From positions 1 through 62,572 of the forward strand of contig CAIOZS010000059.1 in the NCBI GenBank assembly GCA_903862845.1: a DNA stretch of 62,572 nt, in the 5' to 3' direction. The DNA is from an uncultured Thermoleophilia bacterium. Lineage in GTDB: Bacteria; Actinomycetota; Thermoleophilia; UBA2241. The notes under the pieces were generated by a model, which ran no database searches, was not told where the DNA came from, and saw nothing but the letters and a program-made list of their open reading frames with translations. The number at the start of each line of letters is the position of its first letter. Within the stretch, counting starts at the first letter, position 1. Shown one piece after another: positions 16,820-26,181 of this stretch. The translations under genes were made by a program, and so were the position numbers.

Positions 16820-17178
16820 TCGAGGGCCCCCTTGCGCCAGGCGTACAGAAGACCGAAGCCCAGCACGGCGATGAAGAGGAGCATCTCGACAAACCCGGCC
16901 GTGCCCAAGGTGCGGAACACGAGCGTCCAGGGGAACAGGAACACGGCCTCCACGTCGAAGACCAGGAACAGCAACCCGAACACGTAGTACCGCACCGCGA
17001 AGGGCGCCCACGGGTTGCCCACGGGAGGGATGCCGCACTCGTAGGGCGCCAGTTTCTCCGCCGTGAGGTGGCTCGGATTGATGAGCTTGGAGAAGAGCAG
17101 GATGAGCACGACAAGCGCACCGCCGGCGGCGATGAAGAACCACACGTAGAGCCAGTTGGTGAGGTATTCGCTCGTCAT
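16810..17178 (-). CDS. nuoA: NADH-quinone oxidoreductase subunit A
   Basis: 122-aa, 3-TM protein with '[43 protein letters not shown]'. The ATG at 17178 (MTSEYL) was chosen. The track extension to 17346 is a low-complexity leader. Confidence 0.9.
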   Translation of the reverse strand: MTSEYLTNWLYVWFFIAAGGALVVLILLFSKLINPSHLTAEKLAPYECGIPPVGNPWAPFAVRYYVFGLLFLVFDVEAVFLFPWTLVFRTLGTAGFVEMLLFIAVLGFGLLYAWRKGALEWA

Positions 17179-17235
17179 ACGAAAGTCGGAGACCCGCTGC
17201 CGGGCACACGGGACCGGGGCGAGTCGTTGGGGCGG

Positions 17236-17265
17236 AATATACCAAACGCCGCGCGCGCTGCGCAA
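17236..17265 (-). promoter_or_regulatory. Candidate sigma70-type promoter of the nuo operon (TTGCGC-18 nt-TATATT)
   Basis: On the minus strand, TTGCGC (17265-17260) and TATATT (17241-17236, preceded by TGG) sit about 55 nt upstream of the nuoA ATG, in the only AT-enriched stretch of the gap. Confidence 0.4.
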
Positions 17266-17384
17266 CTGGTCGGGGAACCTCCGGGGGTATTCCCGGCTTG
17301 TCGAATGATTGCAGGTATTTCCTTTGGGCGGCCGGCGGTTCCACAAGCCCTCGGAGGCGATTCTGGTGGCGCGCGCAAGGCGAA

Positions 17385-17413
17385 TTGACCAGCGTGGCGG
17401 GCCACCCTAAGAT
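17385..17413 (+). promoter_or_regulatory. Candidate sigma70-type promoter of tatA-tatC (TTGACC-17 nt-TAAGAT)
   Basis: TTGACC at 17385-17390, an exact 17-nt spacer, and TAAGAT at 17408-17413, about 40 nt upstream of the tatA GTG. Confidence 0.5.
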
Positions 17414-17452
17414 GAATGGGATAGATACCCCCCTTCCCAAGGGACTCCGCCC

Positions 17453-17908
17453 GTGAGCGTCGGCCCGCTGGAAATCGTCATCGTGCTCGTCCTTGCGCTG
17501 CTGGTCTTCGGACCGAAACGGCTGCCGCAGGCAGGCCGAAGCTTGGGCCAGGCGATGCGCGAGTTTCGCAAGGCAACCCAGGCGGCGCGCACGGACCTGG
17601 GCCTGGACGAAGTTGCCGAGGGCGTCAAGGACCTCAAGTCATCCCTGAGCATCGACCTCAACTCCGCGGCCGCCCCCGCCCCGCGCAGCGACGCCGTGGC
17701 GGCGGCGGCCGTCTTGGCGCCGCCGGCCGACAAGCCTGTGCCCGTGGCGGCCGCGGGCAGCGACACCATGCCGCTGGACGCGGTTGTGGCCGAAGCGGCC
17801 GCCGAACCCGCGATCGACGGGCCGGCGCCGGCCGGCGCCGCCGACGCCACGCCGGCCACCGCAGCCGCCACGTCGACCGGCGCCTCTGCCGGTCGCGACG
17901 ACGCCTGA
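17453..17908 (+). CDS. tatA: Twin-arginine translocase TatA/E-family protein with a long Ala/Pro-rich tail
   Basis: '[36 protein letters not shown]' is the TatA TM plus amphipathic-helix signature. GTG start. Confidence 0.88.
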   Translation: MSVGPLEIVIVLVLALLVFGPKRLPQAGRSLGQAMREFRKATQAARTDLGLDEVAEGVKDLKSSLSIDLNSAAAPAPRSDAVAAAAVLAPPADKPVPVAAAGSDTMPLDAVVAEAAAEPAIDGPAPAGAADATPATAAATSTGASAGRDDA

Positions 17909-17914
17909 GCCGCG

Positions 17915-18721
17915 ATGCCCGTCGACGTCGATGAGCGGCTCACTCTCTTCGAGCACCTCGACGAGCTGCGCCGGCGGCTCATGTGGGCGGGCCTCGCCCT
18001 CGCGATCGGCGTGGTCGTAGCGGCGGTGTTCAACAGCATCGTCTTCAAGTTGCTGCTCTGGCCGCTGAGGCAGGTCCCCAACCTGCCTGCCAACTCCTAC
18101 CAGATCACCACGTTCAGTCCGGCGGAGCCGTTTATGGTGAGCCTCAAGGTCTGGGTCGTCGTCGGCATCCTGCTCGCCTCGCCGTTCCTCATCTGGCAGT
18201 TCTGGGCCTACGTCGGACCAGCGTTCACGAGCACCGAGAAACGCTACTTCTACCCGGTTGTCATCTCCACGACCTTCTTGTTCCTGTTCGGCGTGGCGTT
18301 CAGCTATCTCATCGTACTGCCCGCAGGCTTGCGTTGGCTTCTCAGCTTCGGGTCCGGCAATTTCAACGTGCAGAACCGGGCCAGCGACTACTTCACATTT
18401 GTCGTGCTGTTCATCCTCGCCTTCGGTGCAGTCTTCGAGATGCCGGTGGTCCTGGTCTTGCTCGCCAAGGTCGGGGTCATCGACGACAAGTTCTTGCGCA
18501 AGAACAGGCGCTATGCCATCGTCATCTGCGCCATCGTGGCGGCGGTGATCACGCCCAGCCAGGACGCTTTTTCGATGCTGGCGATGTTCATCCCGCTCGT
18601 CGCCCTGTACGAAGTCTCGATACCGCTGGCCCGCATGGTGAAGCCCAAGTCGCAGGCGACTGCGGATCCCGTAGCGGCCCACGACGACGACCCCGACGAC
18701 CTGAGCCGCGCTCCTGCGTGA
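17915..18721 (+). CDS. tatC: Twin-arginine translocase subunit TatC
   Basis: 'LTLFEHLDELRRRL' N-terminus, six TM segments, and 'ITPSQDAFSMLAMFIPLVALYEVSI'. Confidence 0.92.
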   Translation: MPVDVDERLTLFEHLDELRRRLMWAGLALAIGVVVAAVFNSIVFKLLLWPLRQVPNLPANSYQITTFSPAEPFMVSLKVWVVVGILLASPFLIWQFWAYVGPAFTSTEKRYFYPVVISTTFLFLFGVAFSYLIVLPAGLRWLLSFGSGNFNVQNRASDYFTFVVLFILAFGAVFEMPVVLVLLAKVGVIDDKFLRKNRRYAIVICAIVAAVITPSQDAFSMLAMFIPLVALYEVSIPLARMVKPKSQATADPVAAHDDDPDDLSRAPA

Positions 18722-18768
18722 ACGCGGCCGGCGGCTCGTGCGTCACCCTTCGAGTACAATGGTGAGCC

Positions 18769-21015
18769 ATGGCTGACTACACGCGCTACCGCACATCCCC
18801 CGACGACATGCCCCGGCGTGGCCGCAGGCAACGCCGGATTGCGGGCGCCGGCAAGAAGCGCAAGCTCCTCTGGCTGAAGATCACGGGCACCGTCGTGCTG
18901 CTGCTCATGATCGTCGCGCTCGGCGTGACCGCCGGCGCCATCTTCGCGCTCTCGCGCAACCTTCCCACGCTGGCCGAGCTCGAGAAGCGGACCAACCCCG
19001 TCAATACCACGATCTACGATCGCCACGGCCAGCTCATCGCCGAGCTCCACGGCGCCGAGAACCGCGTGCTCGTGCCGAGCAGCAAGATCCCCGACGTCAT
19101 GAAGCAGGCCACCGTGGCCGTGGAGGACGAGCGTTTCTACTCGCACCACGGCATCGACTTCCGCAGCCTGCTCCGCGCCGTCGTCGAGAACTTCCGTGCC
19201 GGCGGCGTCGTGCAGGGCGGCTCCACCATCACCGAGCAGTACGTGAAGAACGCGTACGTCGGCAACGAGCGCACCTACACGCGCAAGATCCGTGAAGCGG
19301 TGCTCGCCTGGCAGCTCGAGGACCAGTGGTCCAAGGACAGGATCCTCACGGCCTACCTCAACACCATCTACTACGGCGCCGGCGCCTACGGCGTCGAGGC
19401 GGCGGCGCTCACGTATTTCCACGAGCACGCCTCCCACCTGAACCTCCAGCAAGCCGCACTGCTCGCGGCCCTGCCCAAGTTCCCCACCGAGTATTCGCCC
19501 ACCACCGACCCCAAGCTCGCCAAGGAGCGTCGCAACCTCGTGCTCCAGGTCATGGCCGATCAGGGCTACATCACGCAGCAACGTGCAGTCAGCGTGAGCA
19601 AGAAGAAGATCGGCGTCTATCCGCACCCGCCGTCGATGAACAACGATATGGCCAACTACTTCACCGACTACGTCACCCGGGTGCTCACCAAGCGCTACGG
19701 CTCGCGTCAGGTCTTCGAGGGCGGCCTCAAGGTGTACACGAGCATCGACATGACGTGGCAGCGTGAGGCCATCGACGTGATCAAGAGCACGACGGGGCCG
19801 CTGAACTTCGGCTTCAAGCCTTCAGCGGCCCTCGTGGCCATCGATCCCCGCAACGGCTACATCCGCACCATGGTCGGCGGCCTGGACTACAAGAAGCAGA
19901 AGTTCAACTTGGCCTGGCAGGCCCGGCGTCAGCCGGGCTCGTCCATGAAGCCCTTCGTGCTCACCACGGCGGTGATGCAGGGCATGAACCCCGACACCAC
20001 CTACTATTCGTCGCAGAGCCCCATCGTGATCCCCATGGGGGCCTACGCCCCGCCGTGGGTCGTCAACGGCGACGGCCCCGGTGGGCCCGAGAGCGTCTCG
20101 TCCGCCACCACCATCTCCGACAACGTCGTCTTCGCGCAGCTGAGCGTGGACGTCGGCCCCGAGAACACCGTGACGACGGCGCGCAAGATGGGCATCACGA
20201 GCCCGCTCGACGCGGTGCCCTCCATCACCTTGGGCACCTCGGGCGTGACGCCGCTCGAGATGGCCGACGGCTATGCCACTCTGGCGAGCGGCGGCATCCA
20301 TCACCCACCACAGGCGATCGTCAGGGTCGAGCTGCCCAACGGACGCGTCGACTGGAAGCCCAAAACCGGCGGTCACAGGGCCATCCCCGCCGGGGTCGCC
20401 AGCGTCGTCACGCAGTGTCTGGAGCGTGTGGCCACGAGCGGCACCGGGGCGCCGTCCGGCTCCTATTTCCCCTACACCCGCGCCGGCAAGACCGGCACCA
20501 CCGAGAACGGCTGGGACGTGTGGTACGTCGGCTACACCCCGCAGCTCGCGGCCTCCGTGTGGATGGGCGACGCCGTCAAGAACTCGCCCATGAGCGGCGC
20601 CTACGGCGGCACGTACTGCGCGCCGATGTGGGCCAAGTTCTTCGCGGCTGCGCTCAAGGACCAGCCGCATCCCGGCTTCACGTTCGTCCCCTGGACGTTC
20701 AGTGCGTGGCACGGCAAGATGCAAGGCATGTCGCCGTCGGCGTCGCCCTCGGCTTCCGGCAGCGCGTCTCCGTCGCCGGGGCCGACGCAGACGATCAAGC
20801 CGACGGTGACGCCGAAGCCCACGCCGACGGCGCCGCAGCCTACGCCCACGGCGCCGCAGCCGACCCCCACGGCGCCGCAGCCTACGCCCACGGCGTCGCA
20901 GCGGATCGGCCAGATGACGGCGGTCGCGACGGCTGCGCGGCCTGCCGCGGGCGACGGCTCGCAGGGCCTGGCCGGCGAGGCCGTCAGCTGGCTCGCCGGT
21001 CTCTTCGGCTTCTAG
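18769..21015 (+). CDS. Class A penicillin-binding protein (glycosyltransferase plus transpeptidase, PBP1A-like)
   Basis: GT51 motifs 'EDERFYSHHGIDFRS' and 'GGSTITEQYVKN'. Transpeptidase motifs SSMKPF (SxxK), SDN and KTGTT. N-terminal TM anchor and a Pro/Thr-rich C-terminal tail. Confidence 0.92.
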   Translation: MADYTRYRTSPDDMPRRGRRQRRIAGAGKKRKLLWLKITGTVVLLLMIVALGVTAGAIFALSRNLPTLAELEKRTNPVNTTIYDRHGQLIAELHGAENRVLVPSSKIPDVMKQATVAVEDERFYSHHGIDFRSLLRAVVENFRAGGVVQGGSTITEQYVKNAYVGNERTYTRKIREAVLAWQLEDQWSKDRILTAYLNTIYYGAGAYGVEAAALTYFHEHASHLNLQQAALLAALPKFPTEYSPTTDPKLAKERRNLVLQVMADQGYITQQRAVSVSKKKIGVYPHPPSMNNDMANYFTDYVTRVLTKRYGSRQVFEGGLKVYTSIDMTWQREAIDVIKSTTGPLNFGFKPSAALVAIDPRNGYIRTMVGGLDYKKQKFNLAWQARRQPGSSMKPFVLTTAVMQGMNPDTTYYSSQSPIVIPMGAYAPPWVVNGDGPGGPESVSSATTISDNVVFAQLSVDVGPENTVTTARKMGITSPLDAVPSITLGTSGVTPLEMADGYATLASGGIHHPPQAIVRVELPNGRVDWKPKTGGHRAIPAGVASVVTQCLERVATSGTGAPSGSYFPYTRAGKTGTTENGWDVWYVGYTPQLAASVWMGDAVKNSPMSGAYGGTYCAPMWAKFFAAALKDQPHPGFTFVPWTFSAWHGKMQGMSPSASPSASGSASPSPGPTQTIKPTVTPKPTPTAPQPTPTAPQPTPTAPQPTPTASQRIGQMTAVATAARPAAGDGSQGLAGEAVSWLAGLFGF
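20818..20901 (+). repeat. Four tandem 21-bp coding repeats (PTPTAPQ x4) in the PBP tail
   Basis: Units start at 20818, 20839, 20860 and 20881 (ccNacNccNacggcgccgcag). They translate to PTPTAPQ PTPTAPQ PTPTAPQ PTPTASQ. Confidence 0.9.
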
Positions 21016-21040
21016 CCAGCAGCCTGCAGAAGCCCCGCGC

Positions 21041-21652
21041 TCACCAGCTCTCGTAGCGCTCGGAGCCCTTGCGGTACTCCTTGACCTCCTGCCCCATGCC
21101 TTCGGCGATGGTCAGGATCCGGCACGTCATCTCAAAGACGCTGGTGAGCTGATAGGCCTCTTCCAGCAGGTGGCCGATGGCAAAGGGTCCGTGGCCGCGC
21201 AGCATGACGAGGTCGTACTCCTTGAGCCACGTCGAAAGCAGCCCGGCCACCTCGACAGACCCGGCCGTGAGCTCGGCCGACACGACGGGCACCTTGTGCA
21301 ACAGGTAGGAACCCTCGCTGTCGACGGGCACGATCTCGTCGCAGACCAGCGAGCGCGCGATGGCATACGGCGGATGCACGTGCACGATGGCCTGCGCCGA
21401 CGTGCCCAGGTAGATGGCGCGGTGCACACCGATCTCGGTGGAGGCCAGCATCACGTTGGCGTCGTTCTCCTCGAGGCCCGTCTCGATGATGTCGCGCTCC
21501 TCGAGCCGCGCGAGCATGGAGCCGCGGCGCGTGATGAGGATGCGGTCGCCCTGGCGCACGCTCAGATTGCCGCCGTGCGAGCTGATGGCCCCTGCGAGGA
21601 AGAGGTCGCGGCCGATGCTGTGGAACTGCTCGAGGACGGCGGAGTCGCTCAC
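21041..21652 (-). CDS. Class II aldolase/adducin-family protein
   Basis: 203 aa from the GTG at 21652. 'SSHGGNLSVR', 'ITRRGSML', 'STEIGVHRAIY..AIVHVHPPYA' and 'MLRGHGPFAIG' fit the fuculose-phosphate aldolase/MtnB fold with metal-binding His. GTGA overlap with the aor stop. Confidence 0.8.
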   Translation of the reverse strand: MSDSAVLEQFHSIGRDLFLAGAISSHGGNLSVRQGDRILITRRGSMLARLEERDIIETGLEENDANVMLASTEIGVHRAIYLGTSAQAIVHVHPPYAIARSLVCDEIVPVDSEGSYLLHKVPVVSAELTAGSVEVAGLLSTWLKEYDLVMLRGHGPFAIGHLLEEAYQLTSVFEMTCRILTIAEGMGQEVKEYRKGSERYESW

Positions 21653-23472
21653 GAGGCCGCTTCGATCTCTGCCGCCAGCTCGCCCAGACCGAGCCGCTCG
21701 ACCTTGGCCGGCGAAGGCCGCCCCTCCCCGTCCCAGCCGCGAGAGATGTAGTACTCGTCGAGCATCGGCGGCAGATCGACAACGTGGCCGGCGGACGGCC
21801 CGGACGGCACGGGCTCGTGCAGCAGACGGGCGGGCAGCGTGTCGTCGGCGCGCGTGAACCCCGCGGCGAGGTTGAAGAGCCGCTCGGCGTTCCAGATACG
21901 CTCGCCGAGCAGCAGCAGCTCCTGCGGCTCGATGGTCTCGCCCCACACGGCGCTGAGAAGGCGTGCGTAGTAGTCCTCCTTCATGGCGAACGAGGTGAAC
22001 TTGCACACGCTCAGGGAGTCGAGCACGGCGTTGAGGTTCTGCATGTTGATGAGCAGACCCGACTTGCCGAGGGTCGCGAAACGGTCGACCATCTTGGGCA
22101 CTCCGAGGATCTCGGGGTTCAGCATGTTGGCGCGCAGATGGCAGCCGCCGCGGTTGCTCGTGGCGAAGGCGAGGCCCTGGGCCTTCATGCCGCGCGGGTC
22201 GTAGGCGGGCATCTCCATGCGCTTCACGCTCATCGAGAGCTCCGGGCGGCCGTGCGCAGCCGCGAAGCGCGCGGAGCCCTGGCCGAGCTCGACGCCGAGG
22301 CCCTCGCCGACCGCCGTTGCCTCCGCGAGGGCCACGACGGCCGCGGCATCCCCGAAGCGCGGGCCGCCGGGCAACAAGCCCTCCTCCGTGAGCTCCATCG
22401 CGCAGGCGATCGTGGAGCCCATGGTGATGGTGTCCATGCCGGCCCGATTGCAGGCGTAGCTGGCCTGCACGATGGCGGTGAGGTCGCCGACGCCGCAGTC
22501 ACCGCCGAGTGCCCAGATGCTCTCGTACTCGGGGCCTTCGCCGCTCTGGCCGCCGGCCGTGGTGCGTCGCGCGCAGCCGATGACGCACCCGCGGCAGGCG
22601 GCGCGTTTCTGCACGTGGTCGCGCTTGAGCATCTCGCCGGAGATCTGGCCGGCCTGCTCGAACTGGCTCTCGCGAAAGTTGCGCGTGGGGAAGGCTCCGG
22701 CCTGATTGAGCACGTTGACCAGCACCGACGTGCCGAACTCGGGCAGCGCCTGGGAGGTGATGGGGTTGGCTTTGAGGAGCTTCTCGGCCTCGTACACGAT
22801 GAACTCCAGGCGCTGCGGGTCGGCAACGGCCGGGCGCCGGGCGCCGTGCCCGGCGACGACGACGGCCTTGAGCTTCTTGGCGCCCATCACCGCGCCCAGG
22901 CCCCCGCGGCCGATGGAGCGCCCGCGGTTGTTCACGATGGACGCGAAGAGCACGCCGCGCTCACCGGCAGGGCCGATGACGGCGGCCTCGCAGCGCGGAT
23001 GCAGCTCGCGAAGCCGCGCCAGCGAAGCCGGCACATCGAGGCCCCACACGCCGGCGGCATCATGCCACTCCACGCCGTCGGCGTCGACAGACACGTAGCC
23101 GGGATCGCGCAGGGCGCCGGAGACGACCAGATAGTCCCAGCCGATGCGACGAAAAGCGTTGCCCCAGTTGCCCCCGGAGTTGCCGTCGAACACGGTGCCG
23201 GTCAGCGGCGAGCGGCTGGTGACGCTGTAGCGGCCGCTCGCCGGGGCGCCGGTGCCCGTGAGGGGGCCCGGTGCGAAGATGAGCAGGTTCTCGGCGGCGA
23301 GCGGCTCGACTTCGTACAGCCGCTCGCGAAGCGCGAGATACGCGCCCAAGCCGCGGCCGCCGAGAAAGGCGCGCGCGACCTCACCGGAAAGGTGCTCGTC
23401 GCGGGCGCTGCGGGCGCACAGGTCGAGGCGCAGGCCGCGCAGCGGACGGAGGGCTGAAGCGGAGGCAGTCAC
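21649..23472 (-). CDS. aor: Aldehyde:ferredoxin oxidoreductase family (tungstopterin AOR type)
   Basis: 607 aa. The N-terminus 'AFLGGRGLGAYLAL...GPLTGTGAPASGRYSVTSRSPLTG' and the internal 'CRGCVIGCAR' (4Fe-4S) are typical of the AOR family. Confidence 0.88.
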   Translation of the reverse strand: MTASASALRPLRGLRLDLCARSARDEHLSGEVARAFLGGRGLGAYLALRERLYEVEPLAAENLLIFAPGPLTGTGAPASGRYSVTSRSPLTGTVFDGNSGGNWGNAFRRIGWDYLVVSGALRDPGYVSVDADGVEWHDAAGVWGLDVPASLARLRELHPRCEAAVIGPAGERGVLFASIVNNRGRSIGRGGLGAVMGAKKLKAVVVAGHGARRPAVADPQRLEFIVYEAEKLLKANPITSQALPEFGTSVLVNVLNQAGAFPTRNFRESQFEQAGQISGEMLKRDHVQKRAACRGCVIGCARRTTAGGQSGEGPEYESIWALGGDCGVGDLTAIVQASYACNRAGMDTITMGSTIACAMELTEEGLLPGGPRFGDAAAVVALAEATAVGEGLGVELGQGSARFAAAHGRPELSMSVKRMEMPAYDPRGMKAQGLAFATSNRGGCHLRANMLNPEILGVPKMVDRFATLGKSGLLINMQNLNAVLDSLSVCKFTSFAMKEDYYARLLSAVWGETIEPQELLLLGERIWNAERLFNLAAGFTRADDTLPARLLHEPVPSGPSAGHVVDLPPMLDEYYISRGWDGEGRPSPAKVERLGLGELAAEIEAAS

Positions 23473-23479
23473 GCAATGA

Positions 23480-23755
23480 TTATAGTCGCGCGCCGGGGTT
23501 GCCGCTCCCGCGGGCGGCCGCGGTCAGCGCGTGCTCGATGAGGTCTGCGCCGTAGCAGAAGAGCGGGCCGACGAGGGTCATGCCGAGCTCCTCGAGAACG
23601 CGCAGACAGGCACGGTTCCGCGGCTCGGCGACCGCGACCATGCGCTCCAGGCGGAGGTCGTCGAAGCCGCAGACGAGGATGGGGTACAGGTCCGCGCCGT
23701 CGTCCGGGGTGAAAGGCCGCAGTGCGAGCCTCGCGGTGGAGAGCGGGAGGCCCAT
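23480..23755 (-). pseudogene. GNAT (RimJ/RimL-like) acetyltransferase remnant with an internal deletion
   Basis: The 91-aa ORF joins a GNAT N-terminus ('ARLALRPFTPDDGADLY') directly to a GNAT C-terminal core ('LERMVAVAEPRNRACLRVLEELGMTL'). The ~80 aa normally between them are missing. Confidence 0.4.
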
Positions 23756-23828
23756 GGCGTGACCAGAGAGGGGCTGCGGCCCGGACGGGCGGCGTTGGCG
23801 CCGCCCGTCCGGGCCGCAGGGCTCTCCC

Positions 23829-25178
23829 CTACAGCGCCGTGCGCCGGTCGACGACGCGCACGGCCTTGCCTTCCGAGCGCTGGATCGTCTTGGGCTCCTT
23901 GAGCTTCACCGCGGCCTGAATGTTGAGCACGTTGTAGATCTGCGCCTGCACCCTGCGCTGAAAACGCTCCAGGTCGCCCATGGTCTCCGCGAAGATGTCC
24001 TCGCCCACCTCCACCCATACCTCGATGACGTCGAGATAGCCCTTGCGGTCCACGACGATCTGATAGTGCGGCTCGATCTCGGGGATGCTCATCAGCACCT
24101 CTTCGATCTGGCTGGGGAACACATTGACGCCGCGGATGATCAGCATGTCGTCGCTGCGCCCGATGGGCTTGCTCATGCGCGCGGACGTGCGGCCGCAGGC
24201 GCACGGCTCGGAGGTGAGGCTGCAGAGGTCGCGCGTCCGATAGCGGATCAGCGGCTGCGCCTCGCGCGACAGCGTCGTGAACACCAGCTCTCCGATCTCT
24301 CCCTCGGGCAGCGGACGCAGCGTCTCCGGATCGATGATCTCGGCCAGGTAGTGGTCTTCGTTGATGTGCATCCCCTTCTTGCAGAGACACTCGAACGCGA
24401 CCCCGGGGCCGCCCATCTCGGAGAGCCCGTAGATGTCGAGAGCGTCGATGCCGAGACCTGCCTCGATCTGCAAGCGGAGCTCGTTGGTCCAGGGCTCGGC
24501 GCCGTGAAAGCCGACGCGGATGGGCAGATCTTCGGGGCGCAGCCCGCGATCGCGGGCGGCGTCGCCGAGGTACATCGCGTACGAGGGCGTGCAGCTGAGC
24601 GCGGTCGCCCCGAAATCGCGCATGATCTTGAGCTGGCGCTCGGTGTTGCCGCCCGAGATGGGCACGACGGTGCACCCCAGGCGCTCGGCGCCGAAGTGCA
24701 GGCCGAGCCCGCCGGTAAAGAGCCCGTAGCCGTAGGCGTTCTGCAGCAGGTCGCCGGGCTTGACGCCGCCGGCGGCCAGCGTGCGCGCGATGAGATCGCC
24801 CCAGGTGTCGAGGTCGGCGCGCGTGTACCCGACGGTGGTCGGGTTGCCGGTCGTGCCCGAGCTGGCGTGAACGCGCACGATCTGGTCGCGGGGCCGCGCG
24901 AACATCCCGAACGGGTAGTGGTCGCGGAGGTCGATCTTGGTGGTGAACGGCAGGCCGGCGACGTCGCCGTGGCAGCCCACGTCGCCGGGCTTCAGCCCTG
25001 CTTCATCCAGTCTCTTGCGGCAGAAGGGTACGTTGGCATAGGCGTTCTCAAGCATCGCCCGCAGGCGCTCGATCTGCAGCTCGCCGAGCTGGGCAGTCGG
25101 CAGCGACTCGGCGGCGGGCTCCCAGAGGAGGCCGCCGACGTTGTCTGCTGCCAGGTGATCTGAGGACAACGCGGTCAC
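23829..25178 (-). CDS. paaK: Phenylacetate-CoA ligase family (PaaK / coenzyme F390 synthetase-like adenylate-forming enzyme)
   Basis: 449 aa. 'ERLRAMLENAYANVPFCRKRLDEAG' and 'HASSGTTGNPTTVGYT' (AMP-binding P-loop). The C-terminal domain is of PaaK type. GTGA overlap with the ACT gene. Confidence 0.88.
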   Translation of the reverse strand: MTALSSDHLAADNVGGLLWEPAAESLPTAQLGELQIERLRAMLENAYANVPFCRKRLDEAGLKPGDVGCHGDVAGLPFTTKIDLRDHYPFGMFARPRDQIVRVHASSGTTGNPTTVGYTRADLDTWGDLIARTLAAGGVKPGDLLQNAYGYGLFTGGLGLHFGAERLGCTVVPISGGNTERQLKIMRDFGATALSCTPSYAMYLGDAARDRGLRPEDLPIRVGFHGAEPWTNELRLQIEAGLGIDALDIYGLSEMGGPGVAFECLCKKGMHINEDHYLAEIIDPETLRPLPEGEIGELVFTTLSREAQPLIRYRTRDLCSLTSEPCACGRTSARMSKPIGRSDDMLIIRGVNVFPSQIEEVLMSIPEIEPHYQIVVDRKGYLDVIEVWVEVGEDIFAETMGDLERFQRRVQAQIYNVLNIQAAVKLKEPKTIQRSEGKAVRVVDRRTAL

Positions 25179-25588
25179 AGGGCTCGCACCTCCTCGTCGC
25201 TGAGCAGCGTGACCTTGCCCGCGAGCAGTTCGACGGCGCGATCGATGTCGCGCACCGCGAAGCAGATGTTCTGGAACGAGATGCTGTACAGGTAGTCGAT
25301 GGACGCTCCGGCGGTGGCCACCTCGTCAAGCACGCGGGCGAGGCCGCCGGGCTCATCGGGGACCTTCACGCAGATCACCTGCGAGAAGTGCGTCGTGAAG
25401 CCGGCTTCGTGAAGCAGCGTGCGCGCTCTGTCAGGGTCGGTGACGATGAGCCTGACGATGCCATACTCGGCGGCCTCTGTGGTGGAGAAGCCACGGATGT
25501 TGATGCCTGCGGAGCCGAGCAGGTCGGCGACCTCCGCAAGGCGTCCGCTGCGATTCTCGAGAAACACGGTGAGCTGCGTGACCTTCAC
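25175..25588 (-). CDS. ACT-domain protein (tandem ACT, small-molecule-binding regulatory subunit)
   Basis: 137 aa from the GTG at 25588. 'LTVFLENRSGRLAEVADLLGSAGINIRGF' and a second 'VPDEPGGLARVLDEVATAGASIDYLY' repeat. GTGA overlaps at both ends. Confidence 0.8.
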   Translation of the reverse strand: MKVTQLTVFLENRSGRLAEVADLLGSAGINIRGFSTTEAAEYGIVRLIVTDPDRARTLLHEAGFTTHFSQVICVKVPDEPGGLARVLDEVATAGASIDYLYSISFQNICFAVRDIDRAVELLAGKVTLLSDEEVRAL

Positions 25589-26181
25589 GGCCCGACCTCC
25601 TCGTTGCTGACGGCGCCGCGCCCGAGGGCGAAGGCCCGCTCGTTGACTTCCAGGATCTTCGCCGGCACGGCGGCCGCCAGGCCGCGCTGCCACGACGCGG
25701 CGGCGAACGGCAGTACCACGCTGGCTGCGCCGAGCAGCGCGACGTTGACCGCGCGCAGGGTGCCGGCCTCACGGGCCAGCGCCTCGGCGTCGACAGCAAT
25801 GAGCCTCGCGCCTCGGGCGGCGGCCGCGCCGGGCAGGTCGTCGGGGTACTCCTCTTCGCGACGCAACACGCTCCCGGGGACGATGCGCGTGGTGGTGGCG
25901 CAGACCAGCGTGCCCTGGGGCGCCAGCAGGCCGAGGCCGCGATGCCCCTCCAGGAGCTCCGTCGCGATCACCACATCGGCGTAGCGCGCCACGGGCGACC
26001 ACACGTGCTCGCCGAAGCGCACGGTGCTCAGCACGCTGCCTCCGCGCTGCGCCATGCCCTTGACCTCGCTCGCTTTGACGTCCAAGCCTTCGGCGAAAGC
26101 GGTCTCTGCGAGGATCGCCGCCGCCAGCAGGATGCCCTGGCCGCCGACGCCGACGAGGGAGACGGTCGTGGTGACGCTCAC
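25585..26181 (-). CDS. iorB: Indolepyruvate:ferredoxin oxidoreductase subunit beta
   Basis: 198 aa. 'LVGVGGQGILLAAAILAETAFAEGLDVKASEVKGMAQRGGSV' is the pyruvate/ketoisovalerate oxidoreductase gamma-type domain, found here in the iorA-iorB arrangement. Confidence 0.88.
   Translation of the reverse strand: MSVTTTVSLVGVGGQGILLAAAILAETAFAEGLDVKASEVKGMAQRGGSVLSTVRFGEHVWSPVARYADVVIATELLEGHRGLGLLAPQGTLVCATTTRIVPGSVLRREEEYPDDLPGAAAARGARLIAVDAEALAREAGTLRAVNVALLGAASVVLPFAAASWQRGLAAAVPAKILEVNERAFALGRGAVSNEEVGP

Noticed and set aside
20818-20901. Possible CRISPR-like or VNTR array (21-bp repeats)
   Set aside because: The units are directly adjacent with no spacers, and they are in frame within the PBP gene. 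It is a coding Pro/Thr repeat, not a CRISPR array.
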